This document shows, in pieces, positions 18,079-27,393 of a DNA stretch of 32,000 nt. Each line of letters begins with the position of its first letter. The stretch's first letter is position 1. The notes below the pieces were generated by a model. That model was given only the letters and a program-made list of their open reading frames with translations, did not search any database and was not told the origin of the DNA. This DNA is from Sinorhizobium meliloti (lineage in GTDB: Bacteria > Pseudomonadota > Alphaproteobacteria > Rhizobiales > Rhizobiaceae). The DNA is taken from the NCBI RefSeq assembly GCF_017876815.1, contig NZ_JAGIOS010000002.1:180001-212000 (forward strand), written 5' to 3'. The translations under genes and the position numbers were made by a program.

Positions 18079-21000
18079 ATGAAGCACGCCACCAGAACCA
18101 GGAAAGCCCGGCCGAGGTCTTCGCTGGCAGCATTCGGACCCGGCGTCCAAGCTGCGTTTCCGTCCGAGCGGAACACGTCGCATTTTTTGATCGTGCTGGC
18201 CGTAGGGCTCGGCGGGGCGGCCCTGGCCGGCGAGGCGTATGCGGGTTGCAATGGAAATGCAACCCAGACGATCGGCCAGGTCGACTATGGATACACATGG
18301 TCGGCCTGTTGGGGCGACAGTGGTGTCGATGACAAGGATGAGAAGAACGGTGATCCCGGAGCGAGCATAACGATCAACACCCAGGCGTCGTACACGGCCG
18401 GCGCCAGTCTCCCTTACACCATGCCCTGGGATTCCGTCGGCGGTGTTATCATGACATACACAATGGGTGGCGCTGGCGTCGACGAGGGAACCGCCGGCGC
18501 CGGGGGCGCCGTGACGATCACCAATTACGGCCCCATAACCCTGACCACCTCGACGGATCCAGGCTCGATCGGCAGCTTGATTTCGGCAACGAGCTTCGGC
18601 GGCTCGGGGGACGGGGATAACGACAACTACAAGTCCAACGGTGGAGCTGGCGGGTCGGGAGGCTCGCTGACGATCACCAACTACGGCGCGCTGAGCGTAG
18701 AGTCGCTCAGCCCGAACACGGCCAGGGGCATGGCCGGCATCCATGCCGTGAGCAAGGGTGGCACCGGCGGTAATCAGAACAGCGGCGCGGCGGGCGACCA
18801 GTTCGGGGGGGTCGGCGGCAGCGGCGGAAGCATCAGCATCACCAACACCGGGCAGGTGAATCTCGGCAGCGCGACCAACCCGCTGAACGGGCTGGACTAT
18901 GTCTGGGGTCTCGCCGCCGAGTCCATCGGCCAGGCGGGGGGGCACGACAATGGCGCGGGTGGCGCGGGTGGCGCCATCCAAATTCACAACGGTTCATCCG
19001 GCGGAAATGCCTCGATCGGTGCGATCAACATCTACTCGAACAGCGCCGACAGCGCGCGCGGCATCTATGCATTCAGCCAAGGCTCTTATGGCACGGCCTC
19101 TCAGGATTCATCCGACGATGGCGGCGCCGGCGCGGACGGCGGCCAGTTCAGCATCGACACCTATTCCGATATAGCCGTGGTCACCACCGGCTCCGACCCC
19201 AACGAACTGTCCGGCGGCATCGTTGCCATCAGTCAGGGTGGTGATGGCGGCGCCGGCACCGCGTCAACGACCGGAGGCCGTGGTGGGAACGGCTCTGCCT
19301 TCGGCTCTACCCTGAGCGTCCAATCAGGTGTCACGGTTTCGACAAAGGGCGATTATGTCGCCGGCGTCGTCGGGTTGGCCCAGGGCGGGCGCGGCGGCGA
19401 CGGCGCCAGCGGCGAGAAGGACAGCTCCGGCGGTAGAGGCGGCGACGTCGGCGCGATTCAGATCAACGTCTATGGCGGTTCTATCGAGACAGATGGCATC
19501 CAGGCCTACGGCCTGCTGGGCGGAAGCATCGGGGGCCAGGGCGGCAATGGTGGCGACGACACGGCCGTTGTCGGAACGAGCGGCGGCGGCGGCTTCGGTG
19601 GCAATGCCGGCGGCGTCGGCGCGTATGTCACCACCGGCTCCAAGATCACGACAACAGGGGATTTTTCCGCTGCGGTCACTCTGCACTCGATCGGCGGCGG
19701 CGGCGGGACGGGGGGCGACTTCACGGACGTGCTCGGCGGTGGCGCGGGCAATGGCGGCAATGGCGGCAACGGCAACACCGCTACCATCAACAATGCTGGC
19801 GGGACGATCAGCACCTCGGGCGGGCATTCCTACGGTATCCTGGTGCAGTCGATCGGCGGCAGCGGCGGCACAGGCGGAATCGCCGAAGGATTGACGCTCG
19901 AACTGGGCGGCGATGGAGGCGAGGGCGGTTCTGCCGGGGCGGCCAGTGTCCAGAATACAGGCGCAATCACCACCGACGGTTATTCGGCGCATGGCATCCT
20001 GGCGCAGTCGATCAGCGGCGGCGGCGGCGCTGCCGGCACCGCTGGCGGCATTCTGTCGATCGGCGGCACCGGCGGCAACGCCAACTACGCGGGGAATGCC
20101 GAGGTCCAGAGTTCAGGCGCCATCAGCACCGGCGGCGACGCGGCGATCGGCATCCTGGCGCAATCGATCGGCGGTGGCGGCGGCTCTGGCGGCGGTGCCA
20201 AAGGCATCGCGACAGTCGGAGGCTCGGGTGGCGCCGGCGGTTACGGCACCTACGCCAGCGTATGGCTGAACGGCGGCTCGATTGCCACGCGGGGCGAGAT
20301 GGCGCATGGGATCATGGCGCAATCGATCGGCGGTGGCGGCGGCAACGGCGGCAGTGTGATCGACATGTCGGTCGGGATTCCGGCGCTGGGCGTCGGTGGA
20401 AGCGCCACGGGCGGCGGTAGCGGCGGGTGGGTTTGCGTCACCAATGAAAATTCGGGCGGCGACTGTTCTACAGGCTCCGGAGCGCCGCAGGCCGTCGCGA
20501 TCGCGACCGCGGGTGCCGGCGCGGTCGGCATACTCGCGCAGTCGATCGGCGGCGGCGGCGGCAATGGCGGTAACGCCACCGGCGGCGATGCCGGGTTCGG
20601 CAGCTTCCAGATTGGCGGTGGCGGTGGCGGTGGCGGCTACGCAAATACCGCAAACGTCGGTTTCCAGGGGCTGACCCTGACGACCCAGGGCTCGCACGCC
20701 GCGGGGATCGTGGCGCAGTCGGTGGGCGGCGGTGGCGGCACCGGCGGCACCGCCAGTTCCTATTCCGCCGGTATCGGCTTCACGGCGTCCGTGGCGGTCG
20801 GCGGTACCGGTGGCAATGGCGGCGCCGGCGGCGAGGTCTCCGTAAGCCTGACCGACAGCGCCATCAGGACCGGCCAGGGCGGTGGAGACGTGACCGACGC
20901 CATCGGCGTGCTTGCGCAGTCGATCGGCGGCGGTGGCGGCAATGGCGGCTCATCGATTGCCGACGCGCTCACCGTGGCGGTGCCGACCGGCGAAGACGTC

Positions 21001-24000
21001 TCTCTGGCGATGAGCGTCGCCACGGCGGTCGGGGGCAGTGGTGGATCAGGCGGGACGGCTAAGGAGGTGTCGCTGACGCTGGACGGCAGCACCGCCGTCT
21101 TCACGAAAGGCGATTCTTCGCATGGCCTCCTGGCGCAATCGATCGGCGGCGGCGGCGGCAATGGCGGCAGTGCGTCGTCGATGTCTTCGACCGCCGGCAC
21201 GGTGGACACGATCAGCGCCGACATCGGCGTCTCGGTCGGCGGCTCGGGCAGCGCCGGCGGCAATGGCGGCGCCGTCACGGCCGCTCTCAAGGACAGCGCC
21301 TCGGTGACGACGGCCGACGACTATGCCAATGCGATCGTGGTGCAGTCGATCGGCGGCGGCGGCGGCAATGGCGGCGTAGGCAGCGTCAACAGCAAGGAGA
21401 TCGGCAGCGGCTTCAACCTGACGGCAAACGTCGGGGTCGGCGGGTCTGGCAGCGGCGGAGCCAGTGGTGGAAACGCGATCGTCGGCCTCGACAGCGGTAC
21501 CCACCTGCAGACCAGCGGGTCCGGCGCGCGCGGCGTAATCGTCCAGTCGATCGGTGGCGGCGGCGGCACTTCGCAGGGCGCCAGCGTCGGGCTGTCGGCC
21601 AGCGCCAGCCTGCCCGGCGGTGGCGAGGAAGCCGCTGAAGCGGAAGAATCCGAAGAGGGCAGCGGCGCCTTCTCCGCATCCGTCGGCGTTTCCGTTGGCC
21701 GGACCGGCGGCAGCGGCGGCTCGTCCGGCACGGTCAACGTCACCACCGCGGGTACAATCTCTACCTTCGGCGCGGACGCCGACGGGGTGCTTGCACAGTC
21801 GATCGGCGGCGGCGGCGGGTTGGGTGGTTCGGTGGGGCAGGCGTCTTCCGGCGATTCCGAACCACTCGATGACGAAGGCGACAGCGAGTGCGCCAGCGAA
21901 GGCGGCAATGGCGATGACGGACACGGCTACTGCTTCGGCGTCAGTGTCGGCGCCACCATCGACGATGGCGGCACTGGCGGCACGGCCGCCAACGGCAACG
22001 CGGTCACGCTGACCCATGCCGGCCACATTGCCACCGCGGGCGACTGGGCAGACGGCATCGTCGCCCAATCGATCGGCGGCGGCGGCGGTGCGGGCGGCAC
22101 CTCCACCGCGTCCGGCAGCCAGGCGACGGCCAACATCACCGTCGGTGTCGGCGGCAGCGGCGGTGCGGGCGGCAATGGCGGCGCGGTCGGCATCACCTTC
22201 GACGATAACCATGGCAACAGCATCAGCACCGCGGGATACAGCGCCTATGGCGTGTTGCTGCAGTCGATCGGCGGCGGTGGCGGGCAGGGCGGCGACGGTT
22301 CCGACGAGGCGGCGGGCAGGATCACCGTCGGGGGCGGCTTCGGCGGCAGCGGCGGTGCGGGCGGCAGCGGCGGCATGGTCACCGCCAAGGGGTGGATCAA
22401 CCTTTCGACGAGCGGCGATGACGCGCACGGCATCGTCGCGCAGTCGATCGGCGGCGGCGGCGGCGTCGGCGGCGCCGGAAGCAGCACGGCCGCCGAAAAA
22501 GAGCACAGCCACACGATCGATCTCGTCGTCGGCGGCAGCGGCGGTGTCGGCGGCAGCGGCGGCGAGGTTGATCTCAGCGTCGGCACGACCCTCAGCACTT
22601 CCGGCGCCCGGGCATTCGGCCTCGTCGCACAGTCGATCGGCGGCGGCGGCGGCATCGGGGGCGCCGGCGAGGCCGACAGCATTGCCTCGCTGGTGGTGGG
22701 CGGCTCAGGCGGTGGAACAATAGACGGCGGCGCCGTCACGGTCGACCTGACGAGCCAGAGCTCGATCACCACGCAGGGCATAGCCGCCCATGGCCTCGTC
22801 GCCCAGTCGATCGGCGGCGGCGGCGGCGTTGGCGGCGCCGCCTCGGGTGCGCCGCTCTCCTTCACCGGCAGCAGCCCCGGCAGCCACGGTGACGGTGGCG
22901 ACGTCGCCGTCACGGCCGACGGCAGCATCTTCACGCGCGGCGACTACGCCTTCGGCGTGCTGGCGCAGTCGATCGGCGGCGGCGGCGGTTTCGGCGGCAA
23001 CGCGACGAGTGCCTTTATCGGCTCCAACGGAAATCTCTCGTCGGACGGCAAGAGCGGCAATGTGACGGTCAGCTTCGATGCCGGCAGGACCATCCAGGCG
23101 TCCGGCAAGGACTCGATCGGCATATTCGCGCAGAGCGATGCAGGGACGGACAACAACGGCACGATCGATGTGACCGTCAATGGTACTGTCACCGGCGGCT
23201 CCGGCGACAACGGCGCCGGTATCTGGGTTTCGGCCGGGAAAGACAACGTGGTGACCGTCAATTCCGGAGGCAATGTCTCGGCCGCTTCGGGCGTCGCCGT
23301 GCAATATACCGCCGGCATGAACTCGCCCGAAGACAGCACCCTGGTGGTGAATAACGCCGGTACGATCAGCGGCAGCGTGAAGGGGGCCCTAACCGTCGCG
23401 GCCAAAATGCCGAGGCTTGCCCGCTCCGGCCGCGACACCGTAGTCTCCGTCGTCAACAAGACGGGCGGCGTGCTGACGGATGCGGAGATCTACGAGGCCG
23501 ACGTGATGAATCATGGCCGGCTGACGATCGGCCAATCCGGCGGCATCGACGCCACCCGAATCACCGGCGACCTCACGCAGGATGCAGGTGGCATACTGGG
23601 GTTCACCGCCGACTTTGCCGGCTTCCGCATGGACCGGCTGATCATCGACGGCGACGCGACGCTCGCCGGCAAGTTCACGGTGAACGCCATCAGCGTCCTG
23701 CCCGACATCAGTCTGCCGTTCCTCACCGTCGCAGGCACGCTGGACCATGCGCTGAGCGCCGAGTCGTCGATCTTCGAATATTCCATCAGCCGGGCGGGAA
23801 ACGAGCTGTCGGTTTCAGCGGACTCGGCTCACTTCACCGATCCCGGCGCCATGCTCAACGAAGACCAGATCAATGTCGCCGGTCATCTGCAGGAGGTTTG
23901 GGACGCCGGCGGCGGTTCCTTCGGCACGCTTTTCGGCACGCTCGGATCTCTGGCCGACCGCAATTCCGGCGACTATGCGGCTGCTCTCTCCGACATGTCG

Positions 24001-24945
24001 CCCGGCATTTCGGGCGCGGCCGCGGCCGGCAGCATCGCCATGACGCAGCAGCGTCTCGACCTGCTGTTGAGCTGTCCGATGTTTGCCGATGGCACCTCGG
24101 CTCTGGTCGAGACCAGTTGCGTTTGGAGCCAGGCCGGCGCACAAACACTCGACCAGAAGGCCAGCGGCGGCATGTCGGGCTTCGATACGACGACCTACGC
24201 TCTTCGGGCGGGGGCCCAAATGGAGGTGTCGCCGGACTGGTTCGTCGGCATCGCCGGCGGCTATGACCGCAGTTCCATTCGCGGCGACGACGGCCGGGTC
24301 GACGCCGACGGCGACATCATCTATGCCGGCGCCTCGTTGAAACATGAGATCGGGCCGTGGCTTCTTTCGGGCGCTGTCGCCGGCAGCTATGGTTGGTACG
24401 ACAACACGCGCACGATCCGCATCCCGGGCTTCGCCGGCCAGGCCGAGGGCGATCCGGAGATCTACAACCTCAGCACCCGTGTACGCGCCGCCTATACCTT
24501 CGCGCAGGACCCCTATTATGTGCGGCCCCTGGTCGATCTCGATCTGATCTACTCGCATGCCAGCGGATATCGCGAGTCGGGAACCGGCGCGCTCGATCTC
24601 CTGGTCGACGATGCCGGCCAATGGAGCTTCCACGCAACCCCGGCGATCGAGGTCGGCACGCGGGTGGAGGTGAACGAAACGACGGTGATGCGGGCGTTTG
24701 CAGGCGCCGGAGTGAGCTTCAGCACTGTCGATAGCTGGGATACCTCGGCCCGGCTGGCCGGTGCACCGGCCGGGATCGGTATGTTCGACAGCGAGGTGCC
24801 GCTGGCAGATGTGGTCGGGCGGGTAACCGCGGGCCTCGATCTTGCAACGGATAGCGGCTTCGGTCTCCGCGTGGAATATAACGGCTCATTCTCGGATACC
24901 TACAACAGTCATGCCGGTTCGCTGCGCTTGAGCCACAAGTTCTGA
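18079..24945 (+). CDS. Giant glycine-rich-repeat autotransporter (type Va) outer-membrane protein
   Basis: 2288 aa with SD GGGGGGA 8 nt upstream. Extended signal peptide ends ...LIVLAVGLGGAALAGEAYA. The passenger is dominated by G-rich modules. The C-terminal ~280 aa (about 24110-24942) has alternating amphipathic beta strands and ends in ...SLRLSHKF, the terminal aromatic typical of beta-barrel translocators. Confidence 0.9.
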   Translation: MKHATRTRKARPRSSLAAFGPGVQAAFPSERNTSHFLIVLAVGLGGAALAGEAYAGCNGNATQTIGQVDYGYTWSACWGDSGVDDKDEKNGDPGASITINTQASYTAGASLPYTMPWDSVGGVIMTYTMGGAGVDEGTAGAGGAVTITNYGPITLTTSTDPGSIGSLISATSFGGSGDGDNDNYKSNGGAGGSGGSLTITNYGALSVESLSPNTARGMAGIHAVSKGGTGGNQNSGAAGDQFGGVGGSGGSISITNTGQVNLGSATNPLNGLDYVWGLAAESIGQAGGHDNGAGGAGGAIQIHNGSSGGNASIGAINIYSNSADSARGIYAFSQGSYGTASQDSSDDGGAGADGGQFSIDTYSDIAVVTTGSDPNELSGGIVAISQGGDGGAGTASTTGGRGGNGSAFGSTLSVQSGVTVSTKGDYVAGVVGLAQGGRGGDGASGEKDSSGGRGGDVGAIQINVYGGSIETDGIQAYGLLGGSIGGQGGNGGDDTAVVGTSGGGGFGGNAGGVGAYVTTGSKITTTGDFSAAVTLHSIGGGGGTGGDFTDVLGGGAGNGGNGGNGNTATINNAGGTISTSGGHSYGILVQSIGGSGGTGGIAEGLTLELGGDGGEGGSAGAASVQNTGAITTDGYSAHGILAQSISGGGGAAGTAGGILSIGGTGGNANYAGNAEVQSSGAISTGGDAAIGILAQSIGGGGGSGGGAKGIATVGGSGGAGGYGTYASVWLNGGSIATRGEMAHGIMAQSIGGGGGNGGSVIDMSVGIPALGVGGSATGGGSGGWVCVTNENSGGDCSTGSGAPQAVAIATAGAGAVGILAQSIGGGGGNGGNATGGDAGFGSFQIGGGGGGGGYANTANVGFQGLTLTTQGSHAAGIVAQSVGGGGGTGGTASSYSAGIGFTASVAVGGTGGNGGAGGEVSVSLTDSAIRTGQGGGDVTDAIGVLAQSIGGGGGNGGSSIADALTVAVPTGEDVSLAMSVATAVGGSGGSGGTAKEVSLTLDGSTAVFTKGDSSHGLLAQSIGGGGGNGGSASSMSSTAGTVDTISADIGVSVGGSGSAGGNGGAVTAALKDSASVTTADDYANAIVVQSIGGGGGNGGVGSVNSKEIGSGFNLTANVGVGGSGSGGASGGNAIVGLDSGTHLQTSGSGARGVIVQSIGGGGGTSQGASVGLSASASLPGGGEEAAEAEESEEGSGAFSASVGVSVGRTGGSGGSSGTVNVTTAGTISTFGADADGVLAQSIGGGGGLGGSVGQASSGDSEPLDDEGDSECASEGGNGDDGHGYCFGVSVGATIDDGGTGGTAANGNAVTLTHAGHIATAGDWADGIVAQSIGGGGGAGGTSTASGSQATANITVGVGGSGGAGGNGGAVGITFDDNHGNSISTAGYSAYGVLLQSIGGGGGQGGDGSDEAAGRITVGGGFGGSGGAGGSGGMVTAKGWINLSTSGDDAHGIVAQSIGGGGGVGGAGSSTAAEKEHSHTIDLVVGGSGGVGGSGGEVDLSVGTTLSTSGARAFGLVAQSIGGGGGIGGAGEADSIASLVVGGSGGGTIDGGAVTVDLTSQSSITTQGIAAHGLVAQSIGGGGGVGGAASGAPLSFTGSSPGSHGDGGDVAVTADGSIFTRGDYAFGVLAQSIGGGGGFGGNATSAFIGSNGNLSSDGKSGNVTVSFDAGRTIQASGKDSIGIFAQSDAGTDNNGTIDVTVNGTVTGGSGDNGAGIWVSAGKDNVVTVNSGGNVSAASGVAVQYTAGMNSPEDSTLVVNNAGTISGSVKGALTVAAKMPRLARSGRDTVVSVVNKTGGVLTDAEIYEADVMNHGRLTIGQSGGIDATRITGDLTQDAGGILGFTADFAGFRMDRLIIDGDATLAGKFTVNAISVLPDISLPFLTVAGTLDHALSAESSIFEYSISRAGNELSVSADSAHFTDPGAMLNEDQINVAGHLQEVWDAGGGSFGTLFGTLGSLADRNSGDYAAALSDMSPGISGAAAAGSIAMTQQRLDLLLSCPMFADGTSALVETSCVWSQAGAQTLDQKASGGMSGFDTTTYALRAGAQMEVSPDWFVGIAGGYDRSSIRGDDGRVDADGDIIYAGASLKHEIGPWLLSGAVAGSYGWYDNTRTIRIPGFAGQAEGDPEIYNLSTRVRAAYTFAQDPYYVRPLVDLDLIYSHASGYRESGTGALDLLVDDAGQWSFHATPAIEVGTRVEVNETTVMRAFAGAGVSFSTVDSWDTSARLAGAPAGIGMFDSEVPLADVVGRVTAGLDLATDSGFGLRVEYNGSFSDTYNSHAGSLRLSHKF
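19846..22990 (+). repeat. 17 in-frame copies of the module core (A/V)QS(I/V)(G/S)GGGGxGG within the autotransporter
   Basis: The DNA core CA(G/A)TCGATCGGCGG(C/T)GGCGG recurs starting at 19846, 20005, 20161, 20320, 20539, 20716 (variant), 20917, 21135, 21343, 21543, 21796, 22066, 22261, 22441, 22630, 22803 and 22966. Spacing is 156-270 nt, always a multiple of 3. Degenerate copies lie further upstream. Confidence 0.85.
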
Positions 24946-25037
24946 GGAGACGACTCGAGACAATGCAGCTGCACAGGAGCAGCGGACGCTCCGGGCGGGG
25001 CGTCCTCGACGCGGCTTCGCATCACTGTTCCGGCACG

Positions 25038-25069
25038 GAAAGATTTTCCAAACAGAAAGATTTTCCAAA
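25038..25069. repeat. Tandem direct repeat, a possible regulator-binding site upstream of the rhodanese gene
   Basis: GAAAGATTTTCCAAA occurs perfectly twice (25038-25052 and 25055-25069) with a 17-nt period. Each copy contains the small dyad GAAA-GAT-TTTC. It lies 86-117 nt upstream of ATG 25155. Confidence 0.35.
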
Positions 25070-25154
25070 GTCAGCGGATCTCCGGCCAAGCCATGTCCTG
25101 ACTCGGCCCGGATCGCGGGGTAGACGAGGTTCGACAAACGAATTCGGGAGCCTC

Positions 25155-26072
25155 ATGAAAATGCGCATCGCATCATTAGCATTCACGCTGTCCGTCCTTG
25201 CCTCGTCCGCGCTCGCTGCCGACATAAGCCCGCTCGTCGACGCCGAATGGGTCAAGGCGAATGCCGGCGACAAAGACGTCGTCATCCTCGACATCCGCGA
25301 CAAGGTCGCCGAGACGGAACTTGGCGACAAACCCTATATCCAGGGCGCGGTTGTTGCACCCTATGCGAGCGCCGGCTGGCGCACCGAGGTGGGTGGCGTC
25401 CCCGGCATGCTGCCGCCGCTGGAGCAGATCACCAAGTTGATCGGCGATCTCGGCATCGACAATGACGATCACGTCGTCATCGTGCCCTGGGGTACCGATT
25501 CGACCGAGTTTGGTGGCGCGACCCGCGTCTATTGGACGTTCAAATATCTTGGCCATGAGGAAGTTTCGATCCTCGACGGCGGGTGGCGGCAATACGACGC
25601 CGCCGGCGGGACACGCTCTGCCGAGGCTGTAAAGCCCGAACCGGCGACGTTCCACGCCGAGCCGCAGGAAAAGCTGCTGGCGACGACCGAGGAAGTCGCC
25701 GCCGCGCTCAAGGCCGGCGTCAAGCTCATCGATGGCCGGCCGGCCGAGCAGCACCAGGGCAAGTCGAAGAGCCCGGTCGTGCGCGCCAACGGCACGATTC
25801 CGGGGTCGATCAACATCGAGCACTCCAAGCTCTACAGCCAGGACCACGCGCTCTTCGCCCGCCCCGAGACTGTGAAGGCCCTGACCGAGGCCGCCGGTCT
25901 GGCTGCGGAGGAGGAAAACATCACCTTCTGCAACACAGGGCATTGGGCATCCGTAACATGGTTCGCCCTGTCCGAGGTGCTAGGCAACAAGAACACCACC
26001 ATGTATGACGGCTCGATGGCCGAATGGACGGCCGATCCGGCGCGCCCGGTCGAGAACAAGTCGGGCACCTGA
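25155..26072 (+). CDS. Periplasmic tandem-rhodanese sulfurtransferase (thiosulfate/mercaptopyruvate sulfurtransferase family)
   Basis: 305 aa from ATG 25155 with GGGAG 4 nt upstream. Signal peptide MKMRIASLAFTLSVLASSALA/ADI. Two rhodanese-like halves, with the active-site loop CNTGHWAS in the C-terminal half. The 24963 track start was rejected. Confidence 0.85.
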   Translation: MKMRIASLAFTLSVLASSALAADISPLVDAEWVKANAGDKDVVILDIRDKVAETELGDKPYIQGAVVAPYASAGWRTEVGGVPGMLPPLEQITKLIGDLGIDNDDHVVIVPWGTDSTEFGGATRVYWTFKYLGHEEVSILDGGWRQYDAAGGTRSAEAVKPEPATFHAEPQEKLLATTEEVAAALKAGVKLIDGRPAEQHQGKSKSPVVRANGTIPGSINIEHSKLYSQDHALFARPETVKALTEAAGLAAEEENITFCNTGHWASVTWFALSEVLGNKNTTMYDGSMAEWTADPARPVENKSGT

Positions 26073-26114
26073 CGCCAGCGGACCAGGACCGATCCGCGCC
26101 AACGGAAGAACAGG

Positions 26115-26141
26115 CCAATGTCCGCAAGCTGCGGACATTGG
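26115..26141 (+). terminator. Strong hairpin between the rhodanese and YeeE genes, a terminator or attenuator
   Basis: 12-bp perfect stem CCAATGTCCGCA / TGCGGACATTGG with a 3-nt loop, followed by GATTT. It ends 10 nt before ATG 26152. Confidence 0.45.
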
Positions 26142-26151
26142 GATTTGACCA

Positions 26152-27393
26152 ATGCCGCATAGGCGGCGGGATTTCGAAATGACCGACATTTCCTTTGATC
26201 GTTCGCGATATTTGCCGTCGGCGGTTGTCGACCGTGGGCCGGCGCTCGTAGCCGGCGGCGCACTGCTGATAGGCCTTCTCGTCATCGCGCAGTTGATCGA
26301 TCTGCGGCAGGCGGCCCTCTTCGTCGTCGGCGGTCTGTTGGGGGTCGCCCTTTATCACGGCTCCTTCGGCTTCACAGGCGGGTGGCGCCGGATGGTGGTC
26401 GAGCGCCGCGGGCGCGGCATCCGCGCCCAGATGCTGATGATCGGCGTGGCGGCATTGGCCATGATCCCGCTGATCTCGGCGGGCAGCCTCGGTGGCCAGC
26501 CGCTCGTCGGCGCGCTGGCGCCGGTCGGGGTTTCGGTACTCGTCGGGGCTGCCATGTTCGGGTTGGGCATGCAGCTTGGCGGCGGCTGCGGTTCGGGCAC
26601 ACTGTTCACGGTCGGCGGCGGTTCGGCCCGCATGCTCGTAACGCTTACCTTCTTCATCGTCGGCGCGCTCATCGGCTCGGCACATCTTCCGTGGTGGCTG
26701 ACGCTTCCATCCTTCGGCACGATCGATCTCGGCCGGCAGCTCGGGACCGGCACTGCGATCCTCGCGACGCTCGCAGGCCTCGGCCTCGTCGCCCTGGCGA
26801 CGGCGCTGATCGAGCGGCGGGCGCATGGCAACATCGAAAGGGAGCCGGAACCGTCGCGTCCGGGTTGGACCTGGCTGCTTTACGGTCCATGGCCCCTGGT
26901 GGGGGCAGGGCTGCTCATGGCTCTGCTCAACGTCGCCACGCTGCTCCTTGCCGGCCATCCCTGGTCGGTCACGTTCGGCTTCGGCCTGTGGGGCGCCAAG
27001 GCGGCGCAAGCGGTCGGCGTTCCGGTCGCGACGTGGGAGTTCTGGAACTGGCCGGGGCCGCAAGCGGCGCTCAGTGCAAGCGTGCTCGCCGACGTCACAT
27101 CGGTGATGAATTTCGGTATCGTTCTTGGCGCGGCAGCCGCCGCGAGTCTTGCCGGAAAATTCGCGCCGAAGGCGAAAATCCCGCTTGGCTCCATGCTCGC
27201 GGCCGTCGTCGGCGGTTTGTTGATGGGCTATGGCGCAAGGCTTTCCTTCGGCTGCAATATAGGCGCGCTGTTCTCCGGCATCGCTTCGGGCAGCCTGCAT
27301 GGCTGGCTGTGGTTTGCGACTGCCTTTGTCGGCTCATTCGTCGGCATCTGGATGCGTCCGCTTTTCGGTCTCGACGGGTTCAAGAAGAAATGA
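26152..27393 (+). CDS. YeeE/YedE-family sulfur-compound (thiosulfate-type) transporter
   Basis: 413 aa, or 404 aa if ATG 26179 is used; both starts have a GGGA 7-8 nt upstream. Polytopic membrane protein with two Cys-containing Gly-rich motifs typical of the family (LGGGCGSGTLF and LSFGCNIGALF). Confidence 0.85.
   Translation: MPHRRRDFEMTDISFDRSRYLPSAVVDRGPALVAGGALLIGLLVIAQLIDLRQAALFVVGGLLGVALYHGSFGFTGGWRRMVVERRGRGIRAQMLMIGVAALAMIPLISAGSLGGQPLVGALAPVGVSVLVGAAMFGLGMQLGGGCGSGTLFTVGGGSARMLVTLTFFIVGALIGSAHLPWWLTLPSFGTIDLGRQLGTGTAILATLAGLGLVALATALIERRAHGNIEREPEPSRPGWTWLLYGPWPLVGAGLLMALLNVATLLLAGHPWSVTFGFGLWGAKAAQAVGVPVATWEFWNWPGPQAALSASVLADVTSVMNFGIVLGAAAAASLAGKFAPKAKIPLGSMLAAVVGGLLMGYGARLSFGCNIGALFSGIASGSLHGWLWFATAFVGSFVGIWMRPLFGLDGFKKK

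Noticed and set aside
19846-22990. Regularly spaced near-identical short DNA repeats that could be mistaken for a CRISPR-like array.
   Set aside because: The repeats are in frame within a single 2288-codon ORF and encode the glycine motif. Spacing is variable (156-270 nt) and the 'spacers' are homologous to one another.
26382-27389. 460-aa + strand ORF 26382-27764, which overlaps YeeE.
   Set aside because: The first 336 codons are an out-of-frame, Arg-rich overlap of the YeeE gene. Only the terminal 124 codons, from ATG 27390 with its signal peptide, are considered potentially real.
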